Below, piece after piece: positions 62,915 through 64,000 of a DNA stretch of 64,000 nucleotides (positions within the stretch are counted from its first letter, which is position 1; every line of letters starts with the position of its first letter). Below the pieces are notes generated by a model. It saw nothing but the letters and a program-made list of their open reading frames with translations, did not search any database and was not told the origin of the DNA. Source of the stretch: Candidatus Poribacteria bacterium. GTDB lineage: Bacteria; Poribacteria; WGA-4E; WGA-3G. The stretch covers positions 448,001-512,000 of the forward strand of contig OZ244048.1 of NCBI GenBank assembly GCA_965215265.1, given 5' to 3'. Both the position numbers and the translations under genes were made by a program.

Positions 62915-63742
62915 ATGCCAAGTATTCAGTTCCAAGGTAAAATTTTTCTTCAAGGGGAAATCCAAGCCAAGACCGGTTTACATATCGGAGGAAACTCCGG
63001 CGAATTAGACATCGGCGGAATTGATAATCCCTTAATCCGCAATCCTCTCACAAGACAACCCTACATACCAGGTTCCTCATTGCGAGGAAAAATGCGCGGT
63101 TTACTTGACAGACATTTTAATAAGCAGCTAAACAGACCTGTTGGCCGAAATGTCCGCGTACACGAGTGCGATCGCCCCGCGGATTACGATAAATGCCCAA
63201 TCTGTCAAGTGTTCGGAGTTGCACCCATCCGACAGTTAAGTGGCAAAACCATGCCCACGCGCCTAATTGTCCGAGATACCTTCTTGACTCAGGCATCCTT
63301 ATTGGCATTAGAGAAAGCGGATATGGATACCGACTTCACAGAGATCAAAACGGAAGTCGCCATTGACCGAATTACCGCCGCATCAACACCACGGCAGAAT
63401 GAACGAGTCCCCGCCGGGGCCACTTTCGGACCCTTCCAGATAGCCCACAGTTTTTATATACTAAACTCAAACAGCCCAAGCAATCGAATTCAAGATGAAA
63501 TCGGATTTTTCGACACCGTCCTCACCGGCATGGAACTCTTAGAGGATGACTACCTCGGCGGCTCAGGATCCCGCGGCTATGGACAGATCGCGTTTGAAAA
63601 CTTACAGATGACCTTTAAACCCCGTCAATACTATGAACGAGCAGATGTCGAACCGGAGCTCATTGCTGAAGACGTAAGTATTAAAGCCTTACGGAAAACC
63701 GGGTACGCAGCAAAGATTTTGGAGGCGATTCCTACTGAATAG
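62915..63742 (+). CDS. csm3: Type III-A CRISPR RAMP Csm3 (Cas7)
   Basis: TGLHIGG, GGIDNP (catalytic Asp), PYIPGSSLRGKMR, EIKTEVAIDR, LEDDYLGGSGSRGYG. Confidence 0.95.
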   Translation: MPSIQFQGKIFLQGEIQAKTGLHIGGNSGELDIGGIDNPLIRNPLTRQPYIPGSSLRGKMRGLLDRHFNKQLNRPVGRNVRVHECDRPADYDKCPICQVFGVAPIRQLSGKTMPTRLIVRDTFLTQASLLALEKADMDTDFTEIKTEVAIDRITAASTPRQNERVPAGATFGPFQIAHSFYILNSNSPSNRIQDEIGFFDTVLTGMELLEDDYLGGSGSRGYGQIAFENLQMTFKPRQYYERADVEPELIAEDVSIKALRKTGYAAKILEAIPTE

Positions 63743-63750
63743 GTCCGAAT

Positions 63751-64000
63751 ATGGCAACTTATACCGTCTATCGATTAACATTCAAAACCCAGTTACATCT
63801 TGGACGTACCTCCGGGCCCGCGCTAAAGGGCAATCTCGGCCTAGAAAATACCGAAACCTATATCCAGGCAGACACCCTCTTTTCTGCATTATGCCAAACC
63901 TGGAGCATATTTTACGACACCAAAAGCCTCACTGCTTTTCTCGCTGGCTACACGGAAGGCAATGATCCGCTACCATTTACCCTAACCTCGGCATTCCCTT
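63751..64000 (+). CDS. csm4: Type III-A CRISPR RAMP Csm4 (Cas5), runs off right edge
   Basis: Manual translation MATYTVYRLTFKTQLHLG...IQADTLFSALC...FTLTSAFP; follows csm3. Confidence 0.88.
   Translation, partial: MATYTVYRLTFKTQLHLGRTSGPALKGNLGLENTETYIQADTLFSALCQTWSIFYDTKSLTAFLAGYTEGNDPLPFTLTSAFP

Overview
Bacterial chromosomal segment. The abundance of LamG, CRTAC1, PhyH, Uma2 and TPR genes, plus secreted proteins ending in a 'V-x-P-x-x-KLATTW-x-x-I/L-K' tail, suggests Candidatus Poribacteria (inference, not verified). Most of the window is housekeeping or envelope genes (serA, tatA, trxB, moaC, thiI, nadD-yacG-yqeK-rsfS, rnhC-like, MoxR, BatC/BatD-like, HtrA, UPF0182). It has four accessory highlights. 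(1) A type III restriction-modification locus whose mod gene is split by a frameshift at a C9 tract, possibly phase variation. (2) A family of modular intergenic repeats between 29 and 39.5 kb with nested hairpin insertions and an apparent empty/filled site pair. (3) Three tandem paralogous secreted proteins behind a perfect sigma70 promoter. (4) The start of a type III-A CRISPR-Cas operon (cas6, cas10, csm2, csm3, csm4 cut by the window edge). In it, Csm2 carries an N-terminal cold-shock domain, Cas10 appears to lack its Cys4 zinc finger, and a long fold-back non-coding region lies between cas6 and cas10. No CRISPR array, rRNA or tRNA was seen. All calls come from motif recognition by eye; no searches were run.
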